The notes under the pieces: generated by a model | What the model saw: only the letters and a program-made list of their open reading frames with translations | The model's database searches: none | What the model was told of the DNA's origin: nothing | Program-made: the position numbers and the translations under genes | In this document: piece by piece, positions 25,101 through 40,100 of the stretch | How positions within the stretch are numbered: the first letter of the stretch is position 1 | Layout: each line of letters begins with the position of its first letter | From: Octopus bimaculoides | Lineage: Eukaryota | DNA: 43,621 nucleotides | Direction of reading: 5' to 3' | Assembly: GCF_001194135.2 (NCBI RefSeq) | Contig: NC_068985.1 | Location: forward strand, 42,748,484-42,792,104

Positions 25101-28079
25101 TGTAAAGTTGTGAACCACCGGTTTTTTTTCTCTTCTTCACATGCCCATCCCATATTTTGTTTGTTTCAGTTTTGAAGTCATTATATCATGACAGCTTTTT
25201 AACAAACACACAGTCAAAGGCTTTGTTGATGTCAAGATGGTATTCTTTTTTATCAAAGTTCTGGAGGACAATAGGTCACTGGTGTGTGATATAAAACAAA
25301 ACAAATCTTCTGTAGACTCTGTATTGATAATCATCATGATTGGAAATAAACTAAAGGTGATGAAGAAAATGGTTGTTTATGAGTGTTTCCATCATGTTTG
25401 AAATGTTAGAAAATGGTAGTTTGAAGGGTGAGTGAGGTTGTTGTTCTTGGGAATGGCACAAACCATATTGCATGTTTCCATAGATCCTTGCTTAGAGAGA
25501 GAATGATTGCAGAGTTTTGCGTAGTTTGGAACAAGATTCTGAAAGGGTTATTTAAGGTTAATGGAAGAGACAGTCAGAACCAGTTACATTATTTGGATGG
25601 AATATTTTGAGAAGTTTCCAAACTCAACAGTTGTATGTATGAAGTAGTGGGACAGGTGGCTAAAGATAATTTGGGAGGAATTTTGATGTGTGTGTAAGGA
25701 GTTGGAAGCAAAATGCATAGAGCTATTTTTGTTGAGGAGGGGCAACAAACTAAAAAGCCTGACTAATTTGTGACAGAGTAAACTTACTGGTTGTGTGCTG
25801 CATAAACACTTGTTTGTTTGTTTTTTATATCATCTTTTGGTTGTTGTATTGGTGGATAAGCCCCTCAGTTGGTGATAATGGATGATTTACTGTTGTACAA
25901 CTGTAGTGTAGTTACATGTGAACTACTTAGTTGTAGAGTATGTGGTGTTTTCTGTGAGAGATGGGGAGAGAGAGAGAGAGAGAGAGACGTGCATACATAG
26001 GGTAATTGCATTGGCCATCTTAACTGTCTTAGTCCTCTAGTTATTAATACTAATTTGTTGCTTCTCTTGTCTTATTTTCCAATTTTTTCTTTATGTTGTA
26101 TTTTATCAGTTTCATTGATAATTTGCTTCTTATTGTCTGATTTAAGTGTTTAAATCTAACCTAATATTTTGTATTTTGAATCATTTGACGTCTTGTACTG
26201 TAAGTTTCACATATTTGTCTAAAATTATTCTGCAGGCTGACCTCAGTGAATTGATTGAGGCAAGAGACAGCACTCGTGTGAAGTTATGTGAAAGTCTTAG
26301 TATGTGTTTAGCTGATCTTTCAAACATTCCTTTAGAAGAGAAACTAAAGCAAATGCAGGTAGGTATTAGCCAGAAATATTGCTCTAATAAATCCTTAACT
26401 TGAAATCTTTGGGTCATCCAAAGTGACACTGCTTTTAGAATTTTTACTAGCTAATGAATGATGTGATTCAGGGATAGCTTACCAAGTTAAATCTTAATTA
26501 ATCAAGATATTGCAGTGAAGCAGTTGTGATAATAATCAGTTGAATGAACTGAGAAATTTTCTATTTCTATAAAATATAATTTATGAAAAAAAAAAGCTTC
26601 TCAAATTTGTTTCATTTCAAGTAACTAAAATTAGACTTTCTTCATCATCATCATCATCCATGATTGCATGGATCAGACAGAATTTGTTGAGGCAGTTTTT
26701 CTACAGCCTGATGTCCTTCCTTCTGCCAACCTTCACTTGTTTCCAAGCAAGGTAATATTTCTCCATGACCAGACATATTTTTTCACAAAAGATTGAAAAT
26801 GGACACCACTTGCATCACAGTGACACCCGTTTACAACTATTGCATGTTGTTATGGCTAGGAAACAGCAACACATGTGCCTGCGCGTGCATGCACACACAC
26901 ATTTATACAATGGGTTTCTTTCATCATCTTTTCATTGACTAAATATACTCACAAAGCTTTGATTAGCCTGAGGTTATAGTAGAAGGCATGTGTCCGAAGT
27001 TTCATGCAGTGGGATTGAACCTAGAACAGTATAGCTGAGGAGCAAATTTCTTACCACACAGCCACACTTGTAAGAGTGTAATTGATTTTGTAATTTTGTA
27101 TTAAATTGCTCTTTATTGTTTTTTTATATCAGAAGTCAACTTAACTCTTTGAATATGAATAATATCCTCTACTGAAAAGTTTTATTAAATATTTCTCTTT
27201 TTAATTAATTTATTTATTTGGAAGAAAGTCGCCTATTTTACTTAGGGGCTCTTTTAATAATCCACACATTAAACTAATTCAGTTACTTTTTCCTTCTGCC
27301 AATAAATATAGTTTTGGATGAATTCTAAATATGAATGTGTTTTATATAAACTTAAACACTCAACATTGGTGCCTTTTAGCAAAGTGTGTTTTAGTGTGGC
27401 ATTAGGTTGTGAGTGAAATTTGGTAAATGGAAACCCATTGTGTGTGTGTTTTTGTCACTGCATATCCTTGCATTGATACCACTTAGGCAATGGTGACAGT
27501 CATTAAGTCCCATGGCTCACTAGTTTTATAGTGTGAAAAAGTACCTGACTTGAAAATAAATAAGGATTGGTTTCAGGAAAGGCATCCAGCCATAGACTGC
27601 CTCAAGAAGATAAATGTTTAAAAAGATGATAGCGATAAATAATAGGCATTTGTCAATATTTAAAACTGAAACAAAAATATTGTTTTGTACAGGATGTTGT
27701 GAATAATTTAGGAATGGAATACAAGAACTTCCTTCATTTTGCTGTTCATTCTGTTCCACCATTGGCTGACTTGTTACCAGCATACACCGACTGGAAGGTT
27801 AGTTTTCATTTCTCTCACCTACTTCATGTGCTCTTTCATACCAAACTATTGTTTTCTATTTGCACTGTATGTATATATATATATATGATTAATCGTTGAC
27901 CAAACACCATTCAATTTTTTTCTCCGTGTTTTTCTCCTTGTTTTCTCCGTATTCTTTCTGTTGAAGAGCATAGCTCGAAACATTAAAGACTTTCTGTATT
28001 CTCGAGCGTCAAACTAATACATCCTTTTGTTGTTTACACCACCTGTCCTCGTCTGTTGTTGTTTTTTTCCGTACATTCT

Positions 28080-28114
<35 letters not shown>

Positions 28115-31100
28115 CTTCCTTACCAAATGTACTCTTTATTTTAAGACAATAAAGTGTTTTCTAAAAGAAATTTGATGCTATTTCTAGCATATTGCATTCA
28201 CTGTTTCATAAACAGTTTGGTACCTTATCCTTATGTTGGCATTTTTTTTTTTAATCACAAAATAAAAGAGGGAACCAACCTAATTAAACTGTACAGTTGT
28301 AATTTTCTTTCAGACAATTAACCTCATATTTACTGATGACAAATACTATAATATTTACACCTACAATATGTTGCATTTGGTCTGGTTGCTGTTAATCACC
28401 AGATATCTCATTTCTGGATGTGTACATAGACATGTTTGTTACAATTTTTTTTTAGTTTACTAATAAAGGTTTCCTAACTGAAACCTAGTCTGATGCTATC
28501 CTACACATCCTGAAATTTAACCCTTTAGCATTCAGATTACTTTATCAAATGTTATGCTTATTTATTCACATTGTTTTGATTTAAGCATGCATTATCTTGT
28601 AGCTTCAAGATTTCAATGATGTAATTGCTTATTTTTAGAACGTCATTGTAAAGTAGATATGAGAGACCAGATCTAGCTGGTTTGTACTTTAAATAGGTAG
28701 AATATTCAGGCTGGATATGGTTGGTTTAAATGCTAAAGGGTTAACACATGATAGTGATCAGATATTGAACTGAGGAAAACTTGGTTAAATGTAAATTTTG
28801 AGAAATCTGTCATTATTGAAGACAGGGTTAATTAGTCTAAAAAAATTATAATTAGCAATTACTTGTTTCAGATATTTAATTAGAATTTTTTTCATTTATT
28901 TTATCACTGTGGCTTTGAACTGGTTGATCACCCTCCCTATTCTCTTGATTTGACCTCATCTGATTATCATCTGTTCCCCAATGTGAAAAAAACCACTTGG
29001 GTGGGAACCAGTTTCGCAGTGATGATATCATATCTGCTGTTCTTGATGTTTTTTTGACCAAAAGGATGAAAGCTTCTTAACCAATAGGATCCAGGCACTG
29101 CAACACCATTGGTAAAAGTGTGTGAACTGCAATGGGTCTATGTTGAAAAATAAACTTTTTGTCATATTCCATGAGAGTATCTTGGTCAGCCTGTGAACTT
29201 TTCATCCAACCTTCATATTAGTAGGTTTCTCAATAAATGTTCAGTGGTATGCCTCACAATAATTAGCTTGTTTAATATAATTAATAAAGATAATTGAATA
29301 TTGACTTTCATTGTTAGGTTTTGACATTTTAATTTTTACATTTCACCTGTGGTCATAAATGTTGGGTAATGAAGAAAGGTGTACAATTGGGAATATAAGT
29401 GGCCACAATGGATTTCCTCTGAAAGATCTTTGGAGTATTGTTACTTGACAGGGTGCACAACTTAGTGATCAGGGAGTCTCTCCAGATGGAGCTGTTGAAA
29501 AGTCTTTTTTTTTAAATTTATTATTGATATTCTGTTTTATCTTAAAACATTCTCTCTCTGCCACTCTCCCCACTCTCTTTCCTTTTCTCTATTCTCCTCT
29601 CTCATTTATTTTGTTTTTATTGTTTTCTCTGCATTTAGAAAAAGAAAGAAGTTGAATTTGAAAAAGTTCGTTCAGAAACAGATTCTTGTCGAAAGAAACT
29701 CAGTAATACTCTGTCTTTGATTGAAGCGGTGAGTTTCAAATTACTGACATTTTCTCTTTAATTCTTCTGCAAAAGATATTTTTTTATTATCTGGTTTTTT
29801 TTTTTGGATTTGTCAGAAAAATAAGATTGGTACCCTTTTGCAGGGGCTTCATGACTGACAGGTAGAAGGGAGGAAATTATCCTCCAGCCTGTGACCTGAC
29901 CTTGAACGATTGCAATAGCATGGACTTTATTAAAGGTATCCATCGACCAGGTGGTGGTGTTAAGGTGATGGATTAAGACTATCACCCAAAAACAGGAATG
30001 ATCCTTTCAACAAACTTCAACACAGTTTATGTTTACCAAATTTTACTTGCAAGGCTTTGCTCTACTGAAGGTTATGGTAAAGCACACTTACCCAAAGTGG
30101 TTCACAATGTGATCGAACACAGTACCACTTAGTTGTGAACCACACTTCTTAACACAACCACCGGCCAATATAATCTACGACTGTATATACCAGTATTACA
30201 GATCTCATATTTTACTGAAATAGTTTTGATTTTATTTTTTGCTATTCTTTGTTTAATCACATTTATTATATTACTTTATTGTAGCACCTTAAACTGAACA
30301 GCACCCCAACCATTATTGAAGAGGTCCCTAATATTGGTTTTTGGTTGCGGCAATTTACGCAAGCCTTACAGCATGAAGTTGCTATCACAGATTTGGTATG
30401 TGCTATCCATCTTCTTTTTTTCTCTCTCTCTCTCTCTTTCTCTCTACAATGTGATGTCTATAATTTCATTGCTCCATTTGCTAAAGTTATATGTTACTCT
30501 TCATTAAATAATATTATATATATTATCAATCTCTTGAATTAAAATATATTAAGAGATTTAATGAAATTAACTTCAGGTAATAATTTTTTCTTGTTGACTC
30601 CTCATGAAAATTAAAATATTCAACTACACCCTAAGCTCTTTCTTTAAAACTGAGACATAGTTGGTTCACTTTATATCAGTATTTTACCTGTACTTGTTTT
30701 TATCATGTTAGAAAGTTGAAAGGTATAGTCAAATGCAGTAGGATTTGTACCTAAAGAAAATCAGAAATTATATCAATTTTGATAATACAATTAGAATTAG
30801 GTCAGAGCTGTTGAAGGAGTTTGCGGTGAAAGTTGGTGTGCATCAGAGATCTGTGTTGTCACCGTTGTTGTTTGCAATATTGGTTGATGTGGTGACGGAG
30901 AGTGCAAGTGTGGGATTGATAATGGAGGGATTGAGGGAGAAGTTTTGGAAATGGAAGGAGGCGTTTGAAGGTATACCTTGGGAAGACAAAGGTGATGGTG
31001 AGCAGGGTGGAAAGAGAAGTGTCAGTGAGTAAGGTGGATGTATGTGGGAGGAGGGTAATGGCAAATGCAGTGTTGTGTACGAGATGTGAGAAATGGATTC

Positions 31101-34100
31101 ATGGTAGATGTACAAAAATGAAGAAGGTGACCCCAAAACTGGTAAGAGAGTTTATTTGTGGAAGATGTGAGAAAGGAGCTGGAGGGCTGGCGTTACCAGT
31201 GGAAACATTATCTGACGAGGTGGAAACGGTGAGAGGGTTTTGTTATTTGGGAGATAGGGTGAATGTGTGAAGCAGCTATAACAGCAAGAGTGAGATTTAG
31301 TTGGGTGAAGTTCAGGGAATGTAGAGCGTTGTTATATAGGAAAAGGTTCTCAATGAAGATGAAAGGAGCTGTGTGAGAGCTGCAATGCTGTATGGGAGTG
31401 AGGGGGAGAGAGATGGTAATTTTGAGAAGGATTGAGAGAGCAAAGGTGAGAGAAATGTGTGGTGTGAAGCTATTCGATAAGAGGAGGATTGAGGATGCTG
31501 GGGTTGGAGGAATCGGTGGTATGGGCATGTGTTAAGGAGGGATGAGGAGCATGTTCTGAGGAGGGTGCTTGAGTTTGAGGTAAATGGACTGTGAAAGCGA
31601 GGTAGACTGAGGAAAACGTGGAGGAGGAGATTGGAAGGTTTTGCTTGAGAAGGGAGGATATCCAAAACCAGGTGAGATGGTTTGGGGGCAGTTGCTATGG
31701 CATTGAAGTAGATCCGGCCACCCCCCGTTAACGGGGACAAAACCCAGATTTAAAATACTGGATGATGTTTGTTTTCTCTAATAATAATTATAATAATAAT
31801 AATATTTTTGACATATATTCTATTTGTGTATTTAGGAACACAGTCGAAATGCTACATTTATAACATCCATTCTACATGCTGTGAAGCGTGAGCTTGATGA
31901 AGAACAAAAAACATTTTCTGGTTTACATCGTTATATCACTGAGTTCTTGAAACTAAAAGAAGATTTATCTCCTTGGCTACAACAAAAACCTTCTCTTACT
32001 GAGCTCCAAGAATCGAAGAAAAATGTACGACTGTTGAAATCCCAGCTACGACATAGACTTGCTGATCTTCAAGATGTAGAAGAAGTAAGTAATTTGATAC
32101 AGATCTTCATTCTGTTTTAGAATAAATTATAAAGTTTCATTATAGATACGGTTGTCTCAGGCCCAAATCTTCATCATTATTTTAATGTCTACTTCCATGC
32201 TGGTAATATGTCTGCAGTACAGCATTTCTCCATGTCTCTTGATTCTAAAATAATGTCAAATCCATTTCACTTGAGCTAAATCTTGTTCAATCTAAGTTTA
32301 AAAACGTTCTCTGCATCTTCATTCCACAGAAGTGCATGATTCTTGCACCGAGGACAATTTGACAAAGGTATTTCATTTGTGGCACTGTGCACAGTGACCC
32401 ATGGTGTTGGTAGAGCTATATCCCCATTTGTTGAATGTCATTCAGATTCCACCAACTCGATTTCTCAGTCAGTTAAAGAATTCCCACTTTAGCCAACTTA
32501 CATCCACACTATTACCAGGTACATATTCAATTGTCACTATTTCCGTTGTTGAAGAAGGCAGGCTGTTATTTCTATCATCCCACAGAGGTATTCATATTTC
32601 TTTTGTAATGGGCAGCTTTATTTGAGAATGGCATTTATCTACACTTTACCTTGACTTCAGGCAACTCTGAACTGGTGCTTGGTTAAACATAGGATGTTGT
32701 TCATTTATTTACTGCTGTTGAGGATATACTTGCCGAAATGTAAAGGCTGTCAGTTTGGGATCAGTCAACATTACAGGCTAGATCTATCTTCTTAACATGG
32801 TTGATTTTGCCTCTGCTGAACAGATATGCACTCATTTTTAAAATAACTGAGAGATAAAGCAACTGAATGCAAACATACCTTCTAAATAATATAGCATCTC
32901 CACATTATCATGATTCTGTGTTACATTTGAAGCAAATAAAATGTGTAAGTTGGATCTAACTTATACATTTTATTTGTTTTTATCTCTACCACAACTTTCC
33001 ACCATAAAAATCCCTCATCTCTACACATGATCATACTTATAGTCATCTCTTCTCTGTACATCTCTCTCTATTCAGATGTTCTTATATCACCTCTTCTCTA
33101 TACATCTACCAATACTGTCCAGTTGCCACAACTTTTCTTAACATTACATCATATATTATCAACACTATTTGACATCAATGGAGAAGCTGAGATTACAATA
33201 TTTGGACTATAGGCACCTAACTGTCATTAAGCCATCTACTTAGCTATAAATATGTGTCTAGAAAAGACAGTAGGCTTCCACACCACTGGCAGATCATATC
33301 CACTCCTCCTCATTAAAAAGTTTAGATCATATACCTTATTAAAGTCGAGATCATATGCTCCAGTAGAGTCTAGATCATATCACTCATGTAAAAGTTTAGA
33401 TCATATACCCTATTAAAAAATCTATATCACATCCAGATAATGATAGTGCTGATATCTTTTCTAAATTTATCATCATTTAATGTCTGTCTTCCATGCTGGT
33501 GTGGGTAGGACAGTTTGACAAGAGCTGGTAAGCCAGAGATCTGCACCAAGCTCCCTATTTTTGCTTCAGCCATGATTTATCTTGGACAATACCACCTAAA
33601 ATGTTACTTTTTCTTTTACTTAGTTGGATGTTATTTTATAGATTTGGCTGTTCTTTCTAGCATGCCAAGTGACCATATAGAGTTTACCTTATTGGTTCAA
33701 CTTCATTGTTGTTGTTGATGTTACTATTATCAGCACCTATCAAGTGGGAAGTGGAAGGGAAGCACAGTTCTTGAACTCTCAGATATTTTTACCATTGGAT
33801 ATCTTTCCTAATGACTCAACTGTGGAAGGTTTTGTTCCATGAGGAGGGTTTAATGTTGCAACAACTCCAAGATATTGATGTAGAGAGTACAACACCCACA
33901 AGATCTTGGGCAAGTATCTTTATCATATCCTTAGTTGACCCATGTGAAGGCATGTGTTAGGGTATTTGGCTCACGATCATAAGGTCGTGAGTTCAATTCC
34001 TGGTAAGGCTTTGTGCCCTTAAGCAAGACACTTATTTCATGTTGCTCTAGTCCACTCAGCTGGCAAAAATTAGTAGCTGTATTTCAAAAAGGCCAACCTC

Positions 34101-37100
34101 GTCACAGTCTGTGTCATGCTGAATCTCTCTGAGAACAATATTAAGGGTACAGGTGTCTGTAGAGTGCTCAGTCTCTTGCATGTTAATTTCCATTGATCGG
34201 ATCAACTGGAGCCTTTGTTGTTGTGACGAACAAAGTGCCAAGTTGACCCATACCTCCTTAGGAAAATCAGGTACATGGAAACTATGGGAAACAGATGGGT
34301 TATACCTGTGATTTAAAAAGGTTGTCACATATTCTGTGACACTGATTTTGTATGGGAATTATACTAAGGGTGCACTTCTCTGTGGAATACTCAGTCACTT
34401 CCATATTGATTTAATAAAACAACTGATTGTGCATAATCAAAACCAATGGCAGACTCATTATGTGGTCACTCAGTCTATTTAAATTTTCTTAGATTTTATT
34501 GTTGATTTATCAATGTTGAAATATGACTATTGGTATTTCCACATTATAGTTGAAAAATGCTTTTCAAAGTGAGTGGAACTTGCCAAAATTTCCTAACCTT
34601 TTAAATTTTGCTTCTTTTACTACCAGAATGAAGGTTATAATGAACATCATCATGAATTAAAAACTAAACTTGAAGAAGTCAGAGCAAATTTACATAAATG
34701 TATGGCTGAAGAAGATCAACACATGGTAAGGTTTACAAAAACTTCAGTTCTGTTTTATATTTTCCTTCTCTCCAGTATAATGTGTTTTTGATGTTATCAT
34801 AAAAAGCTTTTTATAAATATTAATAAGCTCTGTGCTTTAGTCTGAAGGTGGAGAATTTATACATGATTTTCACAAGTTTCACTCCAAGATTGGTGAGTCA
34901 ATACAGTTGATGGTTAGTGTAAACATCTATAGGAAGTGGGCAGTGCCCATGACTTTCACAGGCTCCACTCTGAAACTGGTGAAATCAGTATTGGCTATGT
35001 GCAGCCTGAAAATCTTTAAATTGATGTATGCTGGAAGAAAATGAGCATGGGAAAAGAAATTCCAGAGGGATGATATTCTGGGAAGGAAGGATTGGGTAAA
35101 GTAATTAGTACAGATATTAGGAGGGATAACACAATGAATAGTGAGGGAGATGGGTTTGTCAAGGCTGCGTGATTAGAGGTGGTATGTAACTAGCTTATTC
35201 AGAGGAACAGAGACCATTGTAGTAGTAGTAGAATAATGTGTTGTGTTCCAAAGGTTGTAGTGAGTTGGTGAATGAGTCTTTGACAATCAATCATGTGGTG
35301 CACTGATGAGTAATTCTTCGTCAGTCAGTTAGATAGCTTTTGGATATGGCTAGACTGTTTGTGTATGTGTACTAGCAGCTCTGTCCTAGATATGGAAACT
35401 GTACAACTTTGTGGGTCTTATATGAATCTTGTAAAGTGTCACCAACTGATCAGTATAGAAGTACTTTCAGACCTCCAATTAATATTATTTTCATTGTTTT
35501 GTAGCAACGGATTGCTGATCTCGCTGAACGACATTTTCCAGAATTATTGCTACAGAATACAGACCTTGGTATAACCAGTTACTTGGTAAATATTCAGTAC
35601 AGTTCATTTACAATGTTTCATCAGTTTTTCTCCTTCATCTATATAATTCTCTCTTCAAGACCTCCTGGTCTGTTTTTTAGTAAAAGTAATGCTGTTTGTT
35701 GTTGTTTTTCTCATTTGAAGTTATTTACTTAAATTTTAAATTTGTTAAAATCTGACTTAAAATTCAGTCATCTACCTTCTTTAGATCAACAAACTTTGTC
35801 ATTGAAATAGAATTTTGATATCTCTAAGATACCTTTGGTACGTTTTTAACCTTTAGTATTGAAATTACTCTGTTAAATGTAGTGCTTATTATTCACATTG
35901 TTTTGAATTAATTATGCATTATCTTGTAGCTTTGCAATTTTGATGATGTGATTGTTTATTTTTAGAATGACATTGTAGGGTAGGTGTGAGAGGTCAAATC
36001 TGGCTGGTTTGAACATAAGATGGGAAGAATATTTGGGCTTGATATGGCCAGTTTAATTACTAAAGTATTAAGTCTTACTCCTGCTGTAAATTCCAGGAAA
36101 TCATCCATATTTGTTTATTTTTAAATTCATTTCTACAGAACTATAATGGAATGGTGAAAGCTGGCAGAGAACCAGATCATTATTGTTTAGAAAAGCAGAT
36201 TGCTTCAGGAGTCTACCAGACATGGTTCAATTCTGAAGAAGTTTTAATACAAGTAAGAATTCATCCCTTGCCATGGTCTTTCATCTTTTTACATTCTTTG
36301 AGTTTTATTTTATCTTTTTGAATCCTTATGGTATGTTATACTTTAGTGTCCACCACCACCATCACCACTACCGCCAAGTGAATGCAAGCTGATTTGGTCA
36401 CAGCTGGAGGTATCTGAATTTATAATATATTTATGTATTATGTATCAGAACAAAGTAGTGAGGCACTGACCTAGATATCAACTATCTACTAAGTCTTTTG
36501 CTGGTGCTATAAATTGTTTAATTCTGACTGATTGTAAGATATCCTTCAATGATGATGATTTGCTTTGACCAATGAAGAGATGAGAGGATACACAGAACAT
36601 GAAGTGTGTCAAAATAGTTGTGTAGTAGGTCAGGGAATTGAGTCAGTATGTGATTGTTCTTGAAAAAAAAATATATACATCAAGGTAATCAAATAAGTCA
36701 AGATTTTTCTGCTGGTATTTTTGATTTAGGTTTCATTGATTTTTTTTTTTTTTTACAGATTCTTTAAACAGTTTCATTATTATGAATTAACTGCGTCTAT
36801 ATTTAAATGTAAAATAATATAAGACAATATAAGTTGCAGTTTGAGATGTAAAAAGAGGGACAGTCTCACTGACTCATACCACGTATCTAAAACTTGTTGG
36901 GTGACCATTTGACTCCTTAAGTATTTGTAGTGTAATGGATAATATTATCATCCATCACTCAAAGATAACTGGTTAAAATGCAATAAGTGTTCCTGTTTCT
37001 GTCTAATTGTTAGTCATCGTTTAACATAAGTTTTCCCTGCTGGCATGCTTGGGTGGTCGAACAGGATCTGTTAAACTGCAAGACTGCATCAGACTCCAAT

Positions 37101-40100
37101 GTCAGCTTTGGTATGGTTTCTACAGCTGAATGCCCTGCCTAAAGCCAACCACTTTACATTGTTTACCAAGTGATTTTCCAATGCCACTGGCTCTAGTGAG
37201 GTTGTCAAGTAACTTGCAAGAAGGGAAAAGAGCACAAAAATGCCCCCCCCCCTTGACTTGCGGGGGGGGGGGGCATTTGAGTTGGGGAGGTGATATACTA
37301 GGCATTGAGAGGTTAAAGTGTGATAGAAAGACAAACACAGGTTTCTTGTTATAGAGACGATACATGACTACCTCATTATATAGGGTGGGTAGAAGTAGCT
37401 GGGGGAAAATATGTGTTTTGCAATACAATTATAATTTATGTAATTGACAGCAATTTCACTGCATAAAGTTTTATTATTGTTTGTTGCTTGTTAATGTAAC
37501 ACTCACCAGAAATGCTTCTCTTATATAATTCCCTTTCTTAACTTTTTCAGGAACATCTAATTAGTGACAATGCTCCTGTAAGCCGAGAGGAATTTCTGCA
37601 GAATGCTAAAACTTATTATGGCATTCAGTCCCCTCATCTTGTTCCTCTACAAGCAGTGTTCTTTTCAAAGGTAAGTCATTGTTTAGTCTGGGTTGATCAT
37701 CCTTCGGCAAACCTATGATTAAAGGCATTCCAGCCATAACTACCCCATCTTTTATTCAGTCTGTCCTTTTTTTGAGACACTATGGTGTGGTGTAAGTGAG
37801 AGTTGACTGCTATTTCTGTCAGGTTGAGCGATCAAATAGTTCTTCATTAGGTCAGAAGTCTGTTTTTCATTGAAGAAGAAATATCTTGGAATTATTTTTT
37901 CATGACTAAGCTTTACTTTTGTCATTAGATGCTTTATTTATACAAATGAAATAAACAGGATAGTCTACTTCTATCATTAGTACTGATACAAGCATCCTCT
38001 ACATAATGGAAGTGTGGCATTTCTGAAAACTTTTGCTGTTAATGTGGAATTTCCTTACAAAATGTATTTGTCCTTTGACTTCGTTATTACATAAAAGTCA
38101 ATGAGCAAATATGTTTTGCATTATGAGCTTTTATGTTAACAGGAAGATTTTGGGAGAACACAATATTTCACAATGTGAGGGATGCCCATTTTAATTTAAC
38201 CCTTTTAATACCAACTTACCTGAGACTGCACTTAGTTCTATGATACATATTTCCTGTATAAAGTGATCTAAATTAAGACTTGCCTCTAAAATTTCATAAT
38301 TTATGTTTCAAACAGCATTTTAATCATAATAATGTTCTTTTATCAAATTCTTCATTATTTTGTAAATCAGTTGAAACAAAGGCAGTATATTTTGACAGAA
38401 ATATGGTCACAAAAGGGTTAATGTGTTTTATTTGTTAGTGGGTTCTAGAAACCCCTAAAAGGTAACCACTTTTTGTGGTTACTAAAGGTAAAGAATCCTA
38501 ATGTCAATTTAAAGAAAAATCATCTTTGGCTGAAGATGGATTTCTTAAATAAAGATTAATAAATTTCATGAAAGACTTCTTTTAAACAGACATTTTAATA
38601 AAATAGATCATTTACTTTACATTTACCAACTGTTCCAGGGTGTCTGTCTATAAACATAAAGCTATGTTGTTTCAATGGAAACCTGAAATATTGAAGATTC
38701 TCAATAACTTTTATTATTTTCAGAATCAAAGACAGATATTTGTACAGTTGCCTTTAATAGGACAACCTTTCGCAGATTACATTGGAGAGAGCTTTTCAGA
38801 AAAAGTATGATTATTATTATTTGTGTGTTGTATTTCGTCCTTTTATGTTATCTTCAATGTCTTTTGCCTGTGTGACCAATAACAGAAATCATTATTATTA
38901 TTATAAGGCAGCAAGCTGGCAGAATTGTTAGAGCATTGAAAAAACATGACTTGCTGTATTTGTTTTTGCATTTTGAGTTCAAATCCCACCAAGGTTAGCT
39001 TTACCTTTCATCTTTTCAGACTCAATAACATAAAATACTGGTCAAGTACTGGAGTTGATGTCGTCAACTAACCCTCTCTTACAACTTTCAGACCTTGTGC
39101 CTATATTAGAAATGGATATACATGTCTCTAATTTTTATCTTAATTCTGGTGGAGAAAAAAAATGCGTATTATACATGGAGTTCTATGATGTTTAATTGTA
39201 CTTACTGATGACCAACTATTTAGAAAGAAAAAAAATGATGGTGAGCTGACAATCATTAGTATACCAGACAAAATGTTCAAATTCCACCAAAGTCAACTTT
39301 ACCTTTCATTCTTTCATGTTGTATCAGTTGAGCACTGAGATTGATGTACTTTATTATACTGCTCCCCACAAAATTTCAGGCTCTGTACATATGGTAGAAT
39401 GAATTGTTATTATTTAGCATCATCTTATCCATCTGTCCTTACATTCTAAGTTCAAATTCACCGAGGTTGACTTTGCCTTTTATCCTTTTGGGGTCGATAA
39501 ATTAAATACCAGTTGAACACAGGGGTTGATGTAATTGACAAGTTTCCTCCCCACAAATTTCAGGTCTTGTGATTTTGGGAGAAAGGATTATTATTAAGAC
39601 AGTAAGCTAGCAGAATTGTCAGAATATTGGAAGAACAGGCCTTGCTGTATTTATTCTGCTCTTTACAATTTGGAGTTCAAACCACCACCCAAAGTCAACT
39701 TTACATTTCATCTTTTCAGGGTCAATAAAATAAAGCATTTGTCAACTATTGGGGATGAATGGTATCAACAAACCACTTCCCTTCAAAATTGCTGGCAGTA
39801 CTGGAGATTGATGTAATCAACTAAAATTGCTGGCATTGTGCCAATTTTTAAAACGTTGTTTCAAACATTTTGAAACCTGTTAGAATTGAATTTTTTCTTT
39901 CATTTTAAATTACCTTAAGCAATTTTAGTAATATTTTATCCTTAGATTTCAAATTTAGCATCTTGCTTAAAGAACCCATCAAATTCTAGATATAATGACT
40001 TTGTTCAGTATATTTAATATGTAGCCTTTGTATTACCTTAGCCTTTCAATTAAATACTACATTAATAATGAAATATTGATTTGTCATTGCCATAATCTGT

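Noticed and set aside
23660-33435. CRISPR-like arrays (45-bp and 24-bp repeats)
   Set aside because: Eukaryotic introns; repeats are diverged and contiguous with no unique spacers and no cas genes.
38462-38482. 8-bp perfect hairpin GTAACCAC-TTTTT-GTGGTTAC as a terminator
   Set aside because: Intrinsic terminators are bacterial, and a stem this short is not unusual in 43 kb; the same applies to the 8-bp palindrome at 251-268.
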